64,000 nt of DNA, from positions 434,001 through 498,000 of the forward strand of contig JAKIMF020000011.1 of NCBI GenBank assembly GCA_022605425.2, written 5' to 3'. Position numbers and translations under genes: made by a program. How positions within the stretch are numbered: position 1 is the stretch's first letter; each line of letters opens with the position of its first letter. Shown piece by piece: positions 43,126-56,044 of the stretch. The stretch comes from Hamiltosporidium tvaerminnensis FI-OER-3-3 (lineage: Eukaryota > Fungi > Microsporidia). Below the pieces are notes generated by a model that was not told the DNA's origin, searched no databases, and worked only from the letters and a program-made list of their open reading frames with translations.

Positions 43126-43269
43126 TAACTAAGTATGTATATATTTATAGAGGTGTTAATTATCAGATATAAAAACTAAGTGTTATATCATTCTATGTAA
43201 TTAAATGGAAGATATTTGGTTAATAATATTTAATTAACACCGATTGGATTAGACTATGAGTAAGTGGTA

Positions 43270-43990
43270 ATTAACACCCCTTTAAAAATTCTGTGAATTA
43301 CTGTCCATTAAAACCCCTTTAAATGTGTACAAATAAAATACTAGATTAACACCCCTTTAAAAATCTTGTGAATTTATGACCAATAAAACCCCTTTAAATA
43401 CACACAGATAAAATACTAGATTAACACCCCTTTAAAAATCTTGTGAATTTATGATCAATAAAACCCCTTTAAATACAAACACGAATATACTAGATTAACA
43501 CCTTAAAATAAAAAAAAAAAAAAAATAAATTAACCATTAAAAAAAAAAAAAAAAAAATAAAAAAAAAAAAAAAATTTAACACCCCTTTAAAAATCTTGTG
43601 AATTACTGTCGATTAAACCCCCTTTAAATACACACTGATAAAATACTAGATTAACACCCCTTTAAAAATTTTGTGAATTACTGTCCAATAAAACCCCTTT
43701 AAATACAAACACGAATATACTATATTAACACCCCTTTAAAAATCTTGTGAATTACTGTCCATAAAACCCCCTTTAAATACAAACACGAATATACTATATT
43801 AACACCCCTTTAAAAATCTTGTGAATTACTGTCCATAAAACCCCCTTTAAATACAAACACGAATATACTATATTAACACCCCTTTAAAAATAACAAAAAA
43901 AATATTAGATTAGCACCCCTTTAATCATATACAATACTATCACCCTTCTTATTAGCATAATTACTATTACCAACACCCCTTTAATTATTT
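43270..43990 (-). repeat. ~74-bp minisatellite with core TTAACACCCCTTTAA, interrupted by a poly-A stretch
   Basis: About 8 units. The core is the reverse complement of the core in the preceding array. Confidence 0.92.
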
Positions 43991-44302
43991 ACTAATACAC
44001 TACTTTAACACCCATTTATCCTTATCCTTACAAATAATAACACCCTCTAATACTACCCTGTTAATAACACCCTTATCCCTACTAATACTATCCCTACTAA
44101 CCCCCCCCCTACTCACCCCTAACACACACAACCCCCCCCCCTATACTTACTAAACCCTACCCACTAACTCCACCCCCCTCCCCCTCCTTACTTTAACCCT
44201 CCCCCACCCCCTCCCACTACTTATAATCTAACTTAAACTAACACCCTCCCTAATACTCCCTCCATAATTAACCTATAAACCACTCAAACTAACACCCTCC
44301 CT

Positions 44303-46443
44303 TTACTCCCCTCCTAACATATCTACTATTAACTCCTTAATAACACCCTTATCCCTACTAATACTACCACCCTTCTTATTACAAGACAAATTATACATCA
44401 AATGTGTAAAATCATTTCCATCAAAAACAAAATATTCTTTAAAAATTTCTAAACACTTCCTATTACTAATTCTACCTACAAACATACTAATTAACACCTC
44501 AATTTGTACTTCTAAATTTAATTTATATCCAATCCAATCAACTTCCACACTATTTTCAATTTCTTTAAATAATTCTTTTTGTTGAAAATAAAATATTTTA
44601 TATTTTTTAAAAAGTTCTTTTATATAACCCTCTATCTTCTGTATAGAATTTACTTTCTCTAAAACCCCTCTTAATCTATTATTTAGATAGTAATATAACA
44701 TATTATAATGTGAGTTACTATTTAACACCCCTAGTCTACTACAAGTAAAAGCATTAACAGGGTGTTGTTTATATGTAGTGTTATTAAGAGGGTGTTGTTG
44801 ACTATTTAGTGTGTTAACACCTTTTATACTACTAGTACTGTTACTAACACCCCTATAACCACTAGTACTGTTACTAACACCCTTTATACTACTAGTACTG
44901 TTAACACCCTTATAACCACTAGTACTGTTACTAACACCCTTATAACCACTAGTACTGTTACTAACACCCTTATAATCACTAGTACTGTTACTAACACCCT
45001 TATAACTACTAGTACTGTTACTAACACCCTTATAACCACTAGTACTAACACCCTCTACCCCTACCCCTCTATTACTAACACCCTCTAACCCTACCCCTCT
45101 GTTACTAACACCCTATAACCCTAGTACTGTTACTAACACCCTTATATACCACTTATTACTAACACCCTCTAACCCTATTATTATTAACACCCTTTCTACT
45201 ACCACCCTTATCACTAACACCCTCTAACCCTACCCCCCTATCACTACCACCCTCTATCACTAACACCCTCTAACCCTACCCCCATATCACTATCACCCTT
45301 TATACCACTACCCTTTATATTATAACTACTGTGTTCTATAACATACCCCTTTATCTTCTTATGTATTTCCCTGTTAACCTTTAACAGTGTTATTACTTCA
45401 TCAACAGAAGTAAGTTTTTCAAGTTTTAAATCAATATCAAGTAAATACCCGTTATTTACATAATTATATAATTCCTTATAATTAACAGTATTATAAAGAA
45501 AATAAGCATATAATTTATTAAGATATTTTACTTTTACATATTCAGGTAATGTTATTATACTTTTATAAGTGTTATATATCATATTAGAATTTAAAGATTT
45601 AAAAATTATTTTTTTTGTAGGAATTGATAGTGTTATATATTTAGAAGTATAAGATAAAGATAAAAGGTTATAGTTAAAGGCATTGTAAAGATAGTATTTG
45701 TTATTAGAAGTAGAAGTACCTATTATTAAGATATCATTAGTAAATATAAGGATAGCGTGTGTAGTATTGTTATTATCTTTGTTATTATTATTATTATTAT
45801 CTTTGTTATTATTATTATCTTTGTTATTATTATTATTATCTTTGTTATTATCTTTGTTATTATTAGCTTTATTATTTTCTTTATTAGATTTGTTACTTGT
45901 TGTTCTATTACTTTCTTTATTATCTATTATACTATTACTCTCTTCTCCCTCTTCTATTATACTACTACCCTCTTCTATTATACTATTTATACTACTACCC
46001 TTATCTATTATACTATTACCCTCTTCTACTATCTCTACTTTGTATTCTTCTATAAAATATCGATAATCTGTAATAAATACTGACATATCATCTATAAATA
46101 AAGATAAATGTTGTAAAAATATATTTTTTTGTTTTTTACTAATTTTAAGTAACTGTTTTTCAATACAAAAATCCTCATTACAGAGTAACGTATACTTAGA
46201 AAAATATTTGGCGGTTTTTTTTTTAAGAGAATAAAAAAATATTAAAATATTTCCATATTTGGATAATATTTGTATTAGATTGGAAGTATTTGTTATAAAT
46301 GTGGTGTATAAGGTATTGTTTAAAGATTTTAGTATTTCGTTGTGTGTGTGTTGTTGTGTTTTTATTATGTAGAGTGTAGGGTGTTGTATTTGTGTGTTTA
46401 TATATGTTGTAATGTCTATGTCTTTAAATGTTGAAGGATCCAT
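44303..46443 (-). CDS. Probable single gene, Exo84-like (Vps51-type N-terminus + PH-like segment), interrupted by indels in a coding tandem repeat
   Basis: 399-aa ORF 45244-46443 with a CCCC motif before the ATG. The frame of ORF 44303-44728 stays open upstream to ~45115 through 30-bp KGVSNSTSGY repeats. F.DI..YIN/LY..FI and LIFTNDILIIG motifs suggest Exo84, but this assignment is weak. Confidence 0.5.
44820..45290 (-). repeat. Coding 30-bp repeats (KGVSNSTSGY / EGVSNRGVGL)
   Basis: ACTAACACCCTTATAACCACTAGTACTGTT units. Confidence 0.9.
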
Positions 46444-46496
46444 AAGGGGATAAGTATTGAGGAGATATAAGAAATAAATTAAAATAGAAGGGTTTA

Positions 46497-46868
46497 AGGG
46501 ATATAGGGATATAGGGTGATAGATATAGGGATGAGGGATATAGATATAGGGTTATAGATATAAGGATATAGGGTGATAGATATAGGGATATAGATATAAG
46601 GATATAGGGTTATAGATATAGGGATGGGTATTGAGGAGTAGAAGGGTTCTATATAAATATTTAAAGAGATATAATAATAAGAAATGAGAAATAAGAAATA
46701 AGAAATGAGAAATAAGAAATAAGAAATAAGAAATAAGAAATAAGAAATAAGAAATAAGAAATGAGAAATAAGAAATAAGAAATAAGAAATAAGAAATAAG
46801 AAATAAGAAATAAGAAATAAGGAGATAATAAGATAAGGAGATAATAAGAAATAAGAAATAAGAAATAA
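46497..46868. repeat. GATATAGG-type repeats and (AAGAAAT)n microsatellite upstream of the Exo84-like gene
   Basis: Directly visible. Confidence 0.9.
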
Positions 46869-47404
46869 GAGATGTTAATTTATTGTAAAAAAATGTGAAA
46901 TAAAATGAATATTTTAATTATAAATAGTATTAAATACATTTAAATTATAGTGAATGGTAGTTGGATTGGTTGTTTTAAATATTTGTATAAATAAAAGGTT
47001 TTTTAAATATAAATAAAAGGTTGTTTAAATAGAAATAAAAGGTTTTTTAAATTTAAATATTTGTATAAATGGTTTTTTAAATATTTGATAATAGTGTTTA
47101 GAGTTTATTGTAATTAGAATATTTTCTTATGGTTAATTATAAGGTTTATATGGTTTTATAATATATGTTTTGTACTAAGAGTTTAATTTTATCTTGAAAT
47201 ATAATTATTTCTTCTTATGGTTAATTATAATATATTTTGTACTAAGAGTTTAATTTTATTTTGATATTCTTTGATTGAAAAGTATTTTATTTTATATCTA
47301 TAACTTCATATCTGTAGTTTCTTATGTTAGTATATTTATAAGGAAATCTAAGATTTTATAAAATTTAATTTGTAGTTTCTTATTGGTATATTTCTTATAT
47401 TTAA

Positions 47405-48065
47405 TTTATAGTTTCTTATGTGTATATTTCTTATAGTAAGTTGATTCTTTGGTTTCTTATTTGTATATTTCTTATAGTAAGTTGATTCTTTGGTTTCATA
47501 TGTGTATATTTCTTATAGTAAGTTGATTCTTTAGTTTCTTATTTGTATATTTCTTATAGTAAGTTGATTCTTTAGTTTCATATGTGTATATTTCTTATAG
47601 TAAGTTGATTCTTTAGTTTCTTATTTGTATATTTCTTATATTTAACTGATTCTTTAGTTTCTTATTTGTATATTTCTTATAGTAAGTTGATTTTGTAGTT
47701 TCTTATTTGTATATTTCTTATAGTAAGTTGATTCTTTAGTTTCATATGTGTATATTTCTTATAGTAAGTTGATTCTTTAGTTTCTTATTTGTATATTTCT
47801 TATAGTAAGTTGATTCTTTAGTTTCTTATTTGTATATTTCTTATAGTAAGTTGATTCTTTAGTTTCTTATTTGTATATTTCTTATAGTAAGTTGATTCTT
47901 TAGTTTCTTATTTGTATATTTCTTATAGTAAGTTGATTCTTTAGTTTCTTATTTGTATATTTCTTATAGTAAGTTGATTCTTTAGTTTCTTATTTGTATA
48001 TTTCTTATAGTAAGTTGATTCTTTAGTTTCTTATTTGTATATTTCTTATAGTAAGTTGATTTTGT
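47405..48065. repeat. 41-bp minisatellite, ~16 copies
   Basis: Unit TTTCTTATAGTAAGTTGATTCTTTAGTTTCTTATTTGTATA. Confidence 0.95.
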
Positions 48066-49374
48066 AGTGATTATAACCAATATGTTGGAAGAATAATCTT
48101 AAAACTTATTCTTAAATTAAATTATTATTTATAGAAAGTCTTAATCTAAAGTGATTTAATGAATATAATATGTGTATGATATGTGTATTTTAAAAAACAT
48201 AACTACGGTCATTTTATAGAATATTGTAGGTTTAAAACAAAAAGATTAAATTTTTAAAGGTTTAATAAACAACTGGAGACTTCTATTTAATATTTAATAA
48301 GTAATGAGTGATAGGTAATACTTAGTAAGTGATATTTAGTAAGTGATATTTAATATTTAACAAGTAATAAGTAATAAGTAATATTTAATATTTAATAATT
48401 TATTTTAATATTTAATAATTCATAGTTAATATTTAATTTGCCATCGTTTGGCACGTAAGTCAGCTGACACTCGTATTTTCTTGATGTTAGAAGTTTTTGA
48501 ACAAAAGCAAAAAGAAATTGGATTTTAAGTTTTAATTAAATTTTACTTTACTTTATTTGTATTATTAAAAGTAAAATAAGACATTAGTATTCTATAGAAG
48601 TCTAAAGATATTCTATTGTGTTAATTCTGGTTTATTAGAGTTGCTAAGGAAGTATTTCAATTATTTTTTTCTTTCAAAATATTTTACAGTAACCTTTGAT
48701 ATATGTTTAGGATTATTATCTTGTTAGAAGAATATGTTATTTTAAACCTGTATTTATTTCAGATGATTCTGAATTGTTGGTAAGAACACTTAAATATTTA
48801 AATTGGGTCGTTTTGGTTTAATAAATGCCAAATTTCAATACCTTGGTATATTATACAACGCTAAATCATGATATTTTCAGTTTATGGTGACTGTTGGTGC
48901 CATATATTTGGATTTAGTGTTCTATTTTAACTCCAAAAAACAAATCTAGTTATCTAAAGAGACAATTGAACTTGCATTTCAGTAAATATTGTAGTTTTCA
49001 AATTATCATCCGAAATTGATAAAAATAATTTTGAAATATAAATTTAAAACAATATTTTATGGTGACACAAAGGTTTTTGAGCAAAAGAGCGGCTATGGAT
49101 ACCAACTGTATTTGGGTGGTTTTTAATAGTATAAACAGCAACATTATTAGTACAAAACACATTCTATTTTTTAGCGATTTCTGATGGACTTGTTTTTGGG
49201 ATTTTTTCTTCTAAAATTCGAAATTGTATCGGTCATAGTATTATCTATGATGATAGTTCTTATAGATTTAGGTTTACTTTTATATCTTTTCTTTACTTTT
49301 GTAAAGTTCATAGACAGTAGACCTGGCTACTTGAATCAATTCAGAAATTTTTCTTATTGAATAAACTTATAAAC

Positions 49375-49482
49375 TAATTCCAATATAGTTTTTTCTACTT
49401 GATTGAATATAATTCTAATATAGTATCTTTCTACTTGATTCAATATAATTCTAATATAGAATCTTTCTACTTGATTGAATAC
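49375..49482. repeat. 36-bp tandem repeat x3
   Basis: TTCTACTTGATT(G/C)AATATAATTCTAATATAG units. Confidence 0.85.
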
Positions 49483-51024
49483 ACACTTTTTGAAGTTTAA
49501 TTTGAAACTTAAAAGAAATATTAACTGATCTATGACACAAAATATTTAATAGTTTTTAGGTGTCCGTATGTTTTTTTTCAGTTTAAAAAGATATATGTGC
49601 AAATAATTAAATAGAAATCATTAACAAACTTAGTAAAAAGACAATATATATACAATGTTATAACTCTTTATTTAAAAGTTCTTTTAAAAATTTATGAAAA
49701 TTTAGGATTTTTTGTAGTGTCATGATTATTTTATGACATAATTGTTATTTTAATCTATGATTTGTGTTATCTTTAACTGATATTTTATTGTAAATTTGTA
49801 TTTTATTTTATGAATATTTCATATTATAATTTACTTTTTAAGATAAATATACATGTATGGTGTGATAGATTATCGTTACTGATTCTAAATTGTATTTATA
49901 AAAAAAATAAATTAGAGCAGTAACACAGGTGTAAAACCTTTTTGAACAGACGTGAGAATAGACAATATACTTTATTTTTAGGAAGGTATATTTTAAATGT
50001 CTATGTATACAGTGTTTGTATTGTGATTCTGAAGGATTTTAATTGGTTTAATTTTGAAATTTAATTACATTTTTTACTTCGTAAATATTCTAAATTGCTC
50101 GACAAATAAAAAGGTGTTTGGTTTATAAACATACAATATGTTTATAAAATTAGAAGTTGATTAGATAATACCTTAAGTATTAGAAAAATTTTATGAATTT
50201 AATGTTCAAGAAGACATTTTTTTGAGTGTTTTTTTTTTAAATTTTACTCACGCATTTACATACCTGAATTGAAAAATATGGATTAATCAGAATCTAATCT
50301 AAATTAAAATCTGTTATTAAAATGAACTGTGTAAATTACTTGAGTTTTGAAAACAGCCGCTCATATAAAATTTTTTATCAGAACGAACAGTAAAATGATT
50401 CTAATTACCAATATAACTTACATATTTATAGAAAATTATAAACCAATCAAAGAATTTAAATTTCTTTTTTAATATTACTTTTTTCCCCAATAATCTATAA
50501 GAAACATTAAATTTTTTATGGAATAATTCCTATCTCAATCTACAAAAAAAAGAGGAATTAAAAAGTTAAAATATCTATTTTCTTTCAGAACTTTAAGAAC
50601 TCAAACTAAATCTAAGAAAAATACTTTTGATGTTAACTAATCAGGTTTAAGATTCGATTTTTACTTTAATTAGATAGTGTTGAGGAGTAAAGGTGGTTTA
50701 TTTTCATATATATGAGATTTTCACAGATGAATTATAGGTTTTTAACCTATAATACTGTATTAAACTGTGCTGCAAAGTGTTTGGTATTTATATATCACAT
50801 GTAGATAAAGTATTGGTGTTTCATAATTATTAATAAAAAAGTGGTCTGAATATTATTTTTGCGATTAAATTCTTTTATAAGATTCTATTTCCTATTATAG
50901 AAATAATTATTCATCTTATAAGTCTTTTTAACGGTTTTAGAACTTAAAAAAAGTACTGAATAGTCTTTACATTTTTTTAATACATTAAGGTATTCTTTCT
51001 AACTTACTTCAGTATTTTCTTTAG

Positions 51025-51090
51025 TTTTCTATTTTCTATTTTCTATTTTCTATTTTCTATTTTCTATTTTCTATTTTCTATTTTCTATTT
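51025..51090. repeat. (TTTTCTA)n microsatellite
   Basis: About 9 units. Confidence 0.9.
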
Positions 51091-52314
51091 GTATCATACT
51101 TTTCTATTTTTTTAAGCAAAATACAATTTTTCGGGAGTTTGCAGCACTTCCTGTGTTCTTTTGTTTGTAATTGGCGTGTCAGTACAAAAATAAATATTAA
51201 ACACTATGTTGTAAGCCTTATCCAAGGCTGGTATTATCCTTATAGTACTTCCGCATACCAATAAAATACATATCATTTCTTTCAAACTATAATTTGCAGT
51301 TGATGTCTGGAACTGATCATTATACACCAAAGACAGGTAATATTTCTATTTTTTAATGCATTTTAACAAATTTTATGTTAGTTCTTGTTTAAAAAAACAG
51401 TATTTTCTGTTAATTTTTAACGCTTTTTTTATACCAATTGAACAAGAAGATTATAAAGGCTAAAATTAGTACTTATTATAGGCTATTAGCACCTTAATTG
51501 CTTCTTTGATGTTGTTTTTAACATCTATAACGTATAATCTGTTAGATGTATTATAATGCTTCTGATTTCTAAAACCAAATCTTTTACAATTCTACAACAG
51601 TTTTGAAAAAAGACTTATATTAAAAAATTCTTTTAAGCTTGTAATTCCATATTTGTCACAATCAATTTCATTTTGATAAAAAAAATTTTATCCGTTAAAA
51701 ATATAATCGATTCTTCTCCTTTTAAATATAATAAAAAAGAACAAAAGCTTATTATAAGAAAGCTTAAGATGAACCAAAGTATTCATTTATTTACAAAACA
51801 GATTTTCTTTATTAAATTAGTTGTTTAATGGTTTGAATATTAACAATGAAATCATTCATTTATTTACAAAATAGATTTTCTTAAATTAAAATTGTTCTAC
51901 ATGTAACCTGTAAGCCAAAACAATACTATCTTATTCAGTAGCAGTTTAAAAATGAACATAACTTGCATCGTTTTAAATTTTAAAATTCACGCTCAGCCCA
52001 TAATTGAAATGGAAAAAAGAAAATTTATTATTTTTAAAAACAATGTATTATTACTTTCAATATTAAATAATCAACATCTATTAGAGAATTTGTGTGATGA
52101 AGATGAGCATATCTTTGTAAAAAGACTTAATCTTTTAAATCAGATATATTTACAAGAAGATTTTTAAATAAAATTGATTTAAAAAGTTTTATGAGTTTTG
52201 ATTTTTTATAATTTTATTTTAAGATTAATTTATTTAATTTTATTTATAATATCTGTTGTGGTAATTAAATTGTAAAGTAACGTATATGAATTACAGATTT
52301 AAACTTAGTTTGTT

Positions 52315-52429
52315 TTAATAACTGATCTTTAGAAAAATATTTAATTTAATAACTGATTTTTAGAAAAATATTTAATTTAATAACTGATCTTTAGAAAAAT
52401 ATTTAATTTAATAACTGATCTTTAGAAAA
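52315..52429. repeat. 31-bp tandem repeat x~3.7
   Basis: TTAATAACTGATCTTTAGAAAAATATTTAAT. Confidence 0.9.
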
Positions 52430-52802
52430 AGAAGTAATTTATTTCTTTACACTATTATTACAGTCTTTATACTTACTTAGTGGATTGTAATTCTATACTA
52501 TAGATGTAAGGAATTAGAATGCAAAAAAAATTTAATCTTTGTTCCGATCTATTCATATAAATTAAATTTTACACGAAAGAAATTTTTAAATTCAAGAGAA
52601 ATATCTCTTAACTCTTTAATTAGATATTTCAATGAATCAAATACTCTTATTTTTATAAATTAAATTGTAAGTTTAATATAATTTTACATAAGTTTATATA
52701 TAAGTTTAATATAATTCTATATAAGTTCCATAGATTCAAATAGTAATTTATTTTTTCTTTGAAAAAAAAAGTAAAAAAGTGATAGGAATGTAAACTTTAC
52801 TC

Positions 52803-53112
52803 TTTATTTCAATTCCATTATCTATATTTGATGCCATCATCTTATATGTGGATTTATAAAATTTAGAACTTCGTTTATTTCAATTCCATTATCTATATTT
52901 GATGCCATCATCTTATATGTGGATTTATAAAATTTAGAACTTCGTTTATTTCAATTCCATTATCTATATTTGATGCCATCATCTTATATGTGGATTTATA
53001 AAATTTAGAACTTCGTTTATTTCAATTCCATTATCTATATTTGATGCCATCATCTTATATGTGGATTTATAAAATTTAGAACTTCGTTTATTTCAATTCC
53101 ATTATCTATATT
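52803..53112. repeat. 71-bp perfect tandem repeat x~4.3
   Basis: Units start at 52803, 52874, 52945 and onward. Confidence 0.95.
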
Positions 53113-53749
53113 TTCCTGTAAAAATTATACTGAAACAATTTTTTTACAGACATAACTCTTTAAATATGCTTTTATAAGTTAGTATAAGTAATAAAAAGAC
53201 TATTTTCCACCCTATTTTGATATGTAAAACCTCTGATATAAATCTGTAGAATTGTTTTTCACACCTGAAATAAACATAAAATAACATGAATTAAAAATGA
53301 AATAAAAGAAATATTTTTTCTGTTGTGTATATGTAACAAGATATCTAGATAACAATATGTCTAGATAAGTCAGTTCTATAAATAATTATACATTCAGATT
53401 CTTAAATATACTTTTTGTATTTATTCTAGCGAATAACCTGTATTTTATACATAAAATAATTATTCAATTATACATCTGAGTAGTTTGATTTAAATTAATA
53501 TATTCTGAATAATTATATCTCTGGTGTTTGTATTTATCGATACAAAAGCTACAAATAGTATATTACTCTTTAAAAAAACAAACCCATAATATTTAATATA
53601 TATATCGATTGGTATTTTTTTTCTGGCAAATCTAAATTAAATTATTTATATTTTGTATTTTTATATGCATGAATATAATTATTTATTAATCTGTAAATTT
53701 TTTACAATTATCTGTAATTTATTTTCGTATTTTATCTGCTTGTAAAAAC

Positions 53750-53925
53750 AATTTATTTTCGTATTATGTCTTCTTTTTTAAACGAAAGGTATTTTCGTAT
53801 TCTGTCTTCTTTTGTAAACGAAAGGTACTTTCGTATTCTGTCTTCTTTTGTAAAAATAATTGATTTTCGTATTCTGTCTCCTTTGTAAACGAAAGGTATT
53901 TTCGTATTCTGTCTTCTTTTGTAAA
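53750..53925. repeat. ~36-bp tandem repeat
   Basis: TTTTCGTATTCTGTCTTCTTTTGTAAA units. Confidence 0.85.
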
Positions 53926-54779
53926 AAAAAAGTTAAAAAAATGCCATTTTCTCTGACTTACACCAATATTTTCACATTTAAATTAAAATTATAAAATTAC
54001 ATTGTTTTATTTTCGATTTAAATATTCTATATGCTCGATTTTTGAAGAATTTCTTACTAAAAATTTACATACATTTCGTTGTTATTTATTTTATCTTTCC
54101 TCTATTTTATTCAGTTTTTTCTTTGGTTTTTATTACATTCCCTTGTTAAATTGCATAAATTTAAGTAAAAATATTGTAATTAAAACACTAAAAAAATATT
54201 CTTTTGTAGAGCCTTTTGGTTGAATCGAATTTTAGTAACTTAGGTCTTATTTTCTTTATATTTTGAAAATTCTCATATTTTTAGATTAAAATATAAAAAA
54301 GTGTGCATTTAAAGGAAAAATAAATGAAATATAAAAATGGAAAATGTATAAAAAATAGAAAATGTATAAAAATATAGAAAAAATGGAAGAATTTCTTACT
54401 AAAAATTTACATACATTTTCTTATAATTTCTTATAATTTATTTTTATACATTTTCTATTTTTTTATAATTTCTTTTTCCATTTTTTTATAAATAACTTTT
54501 TTTCGGTTTAAATAGTCTCATTTTATTAAAATGATTTAATGCTCCACAAATAATTAATTTCCTATAAAAAAAAGCACAAATACTAATTTTTTAGAGTTCA
54601 TACTATTTAGAAGATGTGGTGATCTACTAGATTTTACTTTTGGCTATGGTAAAATTTAGCAGTGGGGAAATAGAACAGGATCATTATAATATACGACAAT
54701 AAATTAATCTAAATAACATAATAAATTGATTGGTAATTCAATTCTACTATTAAATATTTTTTTGGTATTTAATCAAGAA

Positions 54780-55003
54780 AAATATTTTTTTTTAAATATT
54801 TTCCGTTTTTTTTTTTTTTTTTCAAATATTTTTTTTTCTAAATATTTTTTTTTCAAATATTTTTTTTTCTAAATATTTTTTATTTTCTTTTTTTTTCAAA
54901 TATTTTATTTTCTTTCTTTTCAAAATATTTTTTAATTTCTTTTTTTTTTCAAATATTTTTTAATTTCTTTTTTTTTCAAATATTTTTTTCTTTTTTTTTT
55001 CAA

Positions 55004-55047
<44 letters not shown>

Positions 55048-55485
55048 ATTTTATTTTCTTTCTTTTCAAAATATTTTTTAATTTCTTTTTTTTTTCAAAT
55101 ATTTTTTAATTTCTTTTTTTTTCAAATATTTTTTTCTTTTTTTTTTCAAATATTTTTTTTTCTTTTTTTTTTCAAATATTTTATTTTCTTTTTTTTTCAA
55201 ATATTTTATTTTCTTTCTTTTCAAAATATTTTTTAATTTCTTTTTTTTTTCAAATATTTTTTAATTTCTTTTTTTCAAATTTTTTTTTTTTTTTTTCAAA
55301 TATTTTTTATTTCTTTTTCCAAATTTTTTTTTTTCTTTTTCCAAATTTTTATTTCTTTTTTTTCAAATATTTTTTTTTTTTTTTCAAATTTTTTTTCTTT
55401 TTTTTCAAATTTTTTTTATTTTCTTTTTCCAAAATATTTTATTTTCCTATTTTAAATTTTTTTTAATTTCTTTTTTTTCCAAATT
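54780..55485. repeat. Poly-T / CAAATATTTT low-complexity array
   Basis: About 700 bp that is almost G-free. Confidence 0.95.
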
Positions 55486-55784
55486 ATTAATCTAAGTAAA
55501 AAAACGGTAAATTCTTACGTAAGAAATTATTTCTGAAAAGTATTTTAAAAATCTTAAATATTATTTTTTAAAACTAGAATATATTATTTTCAATATAAAC
55601 CACAATAAAAAAAAATCAAAGCACTAGCGAACGAATAATATATTAGAATAGAAATATGGTATTTCTTATATTCGAAGTTAAATTTAAAAAAAATGGATCA
55701 ATATAGACATAAATTAATTTATTATGGCTAGTGGCTTTGATATGTTAAATGAATCATAAATCGAATTAATATTTTAAAAAATTT

Positions 55785-56044
55785 ATTTAATTAATTTACT
55801 TAATATAGAGATATTATATATTTTTAAAGAAAAATTATTCGTTAAAAAAAATGATTTTGTTTTTTCTTTATTTTAATTAATTTACTTAATATAGAGATAT
55901 TATATATTTTTAAAGAAAAATTATTCGTTAAAAAAAATGATTTTGTTTTTTCTTTATTTTAATTAATTTACTTAATATAGAGATATTATATATTTATAAA
56001 GAAAAATTATTCGTTAAAAAAAATGATTTTGTTTTTTCTTTATT
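55785..56044 (+). repeat. 86-bp tandem triplication including the start codon of the 546-aa gene
   Basis: ATGATTTTGTTTTTTCTTTATT at 55851, 55937 and 56023. Confidence 0.95.

Noticed and set aside
47405-53112. 41-bp and 71-bp arrays as CRISPR
   Set aside because: Head-to-tail units without unique spacers, no cas genes, and a eukaryotic context.
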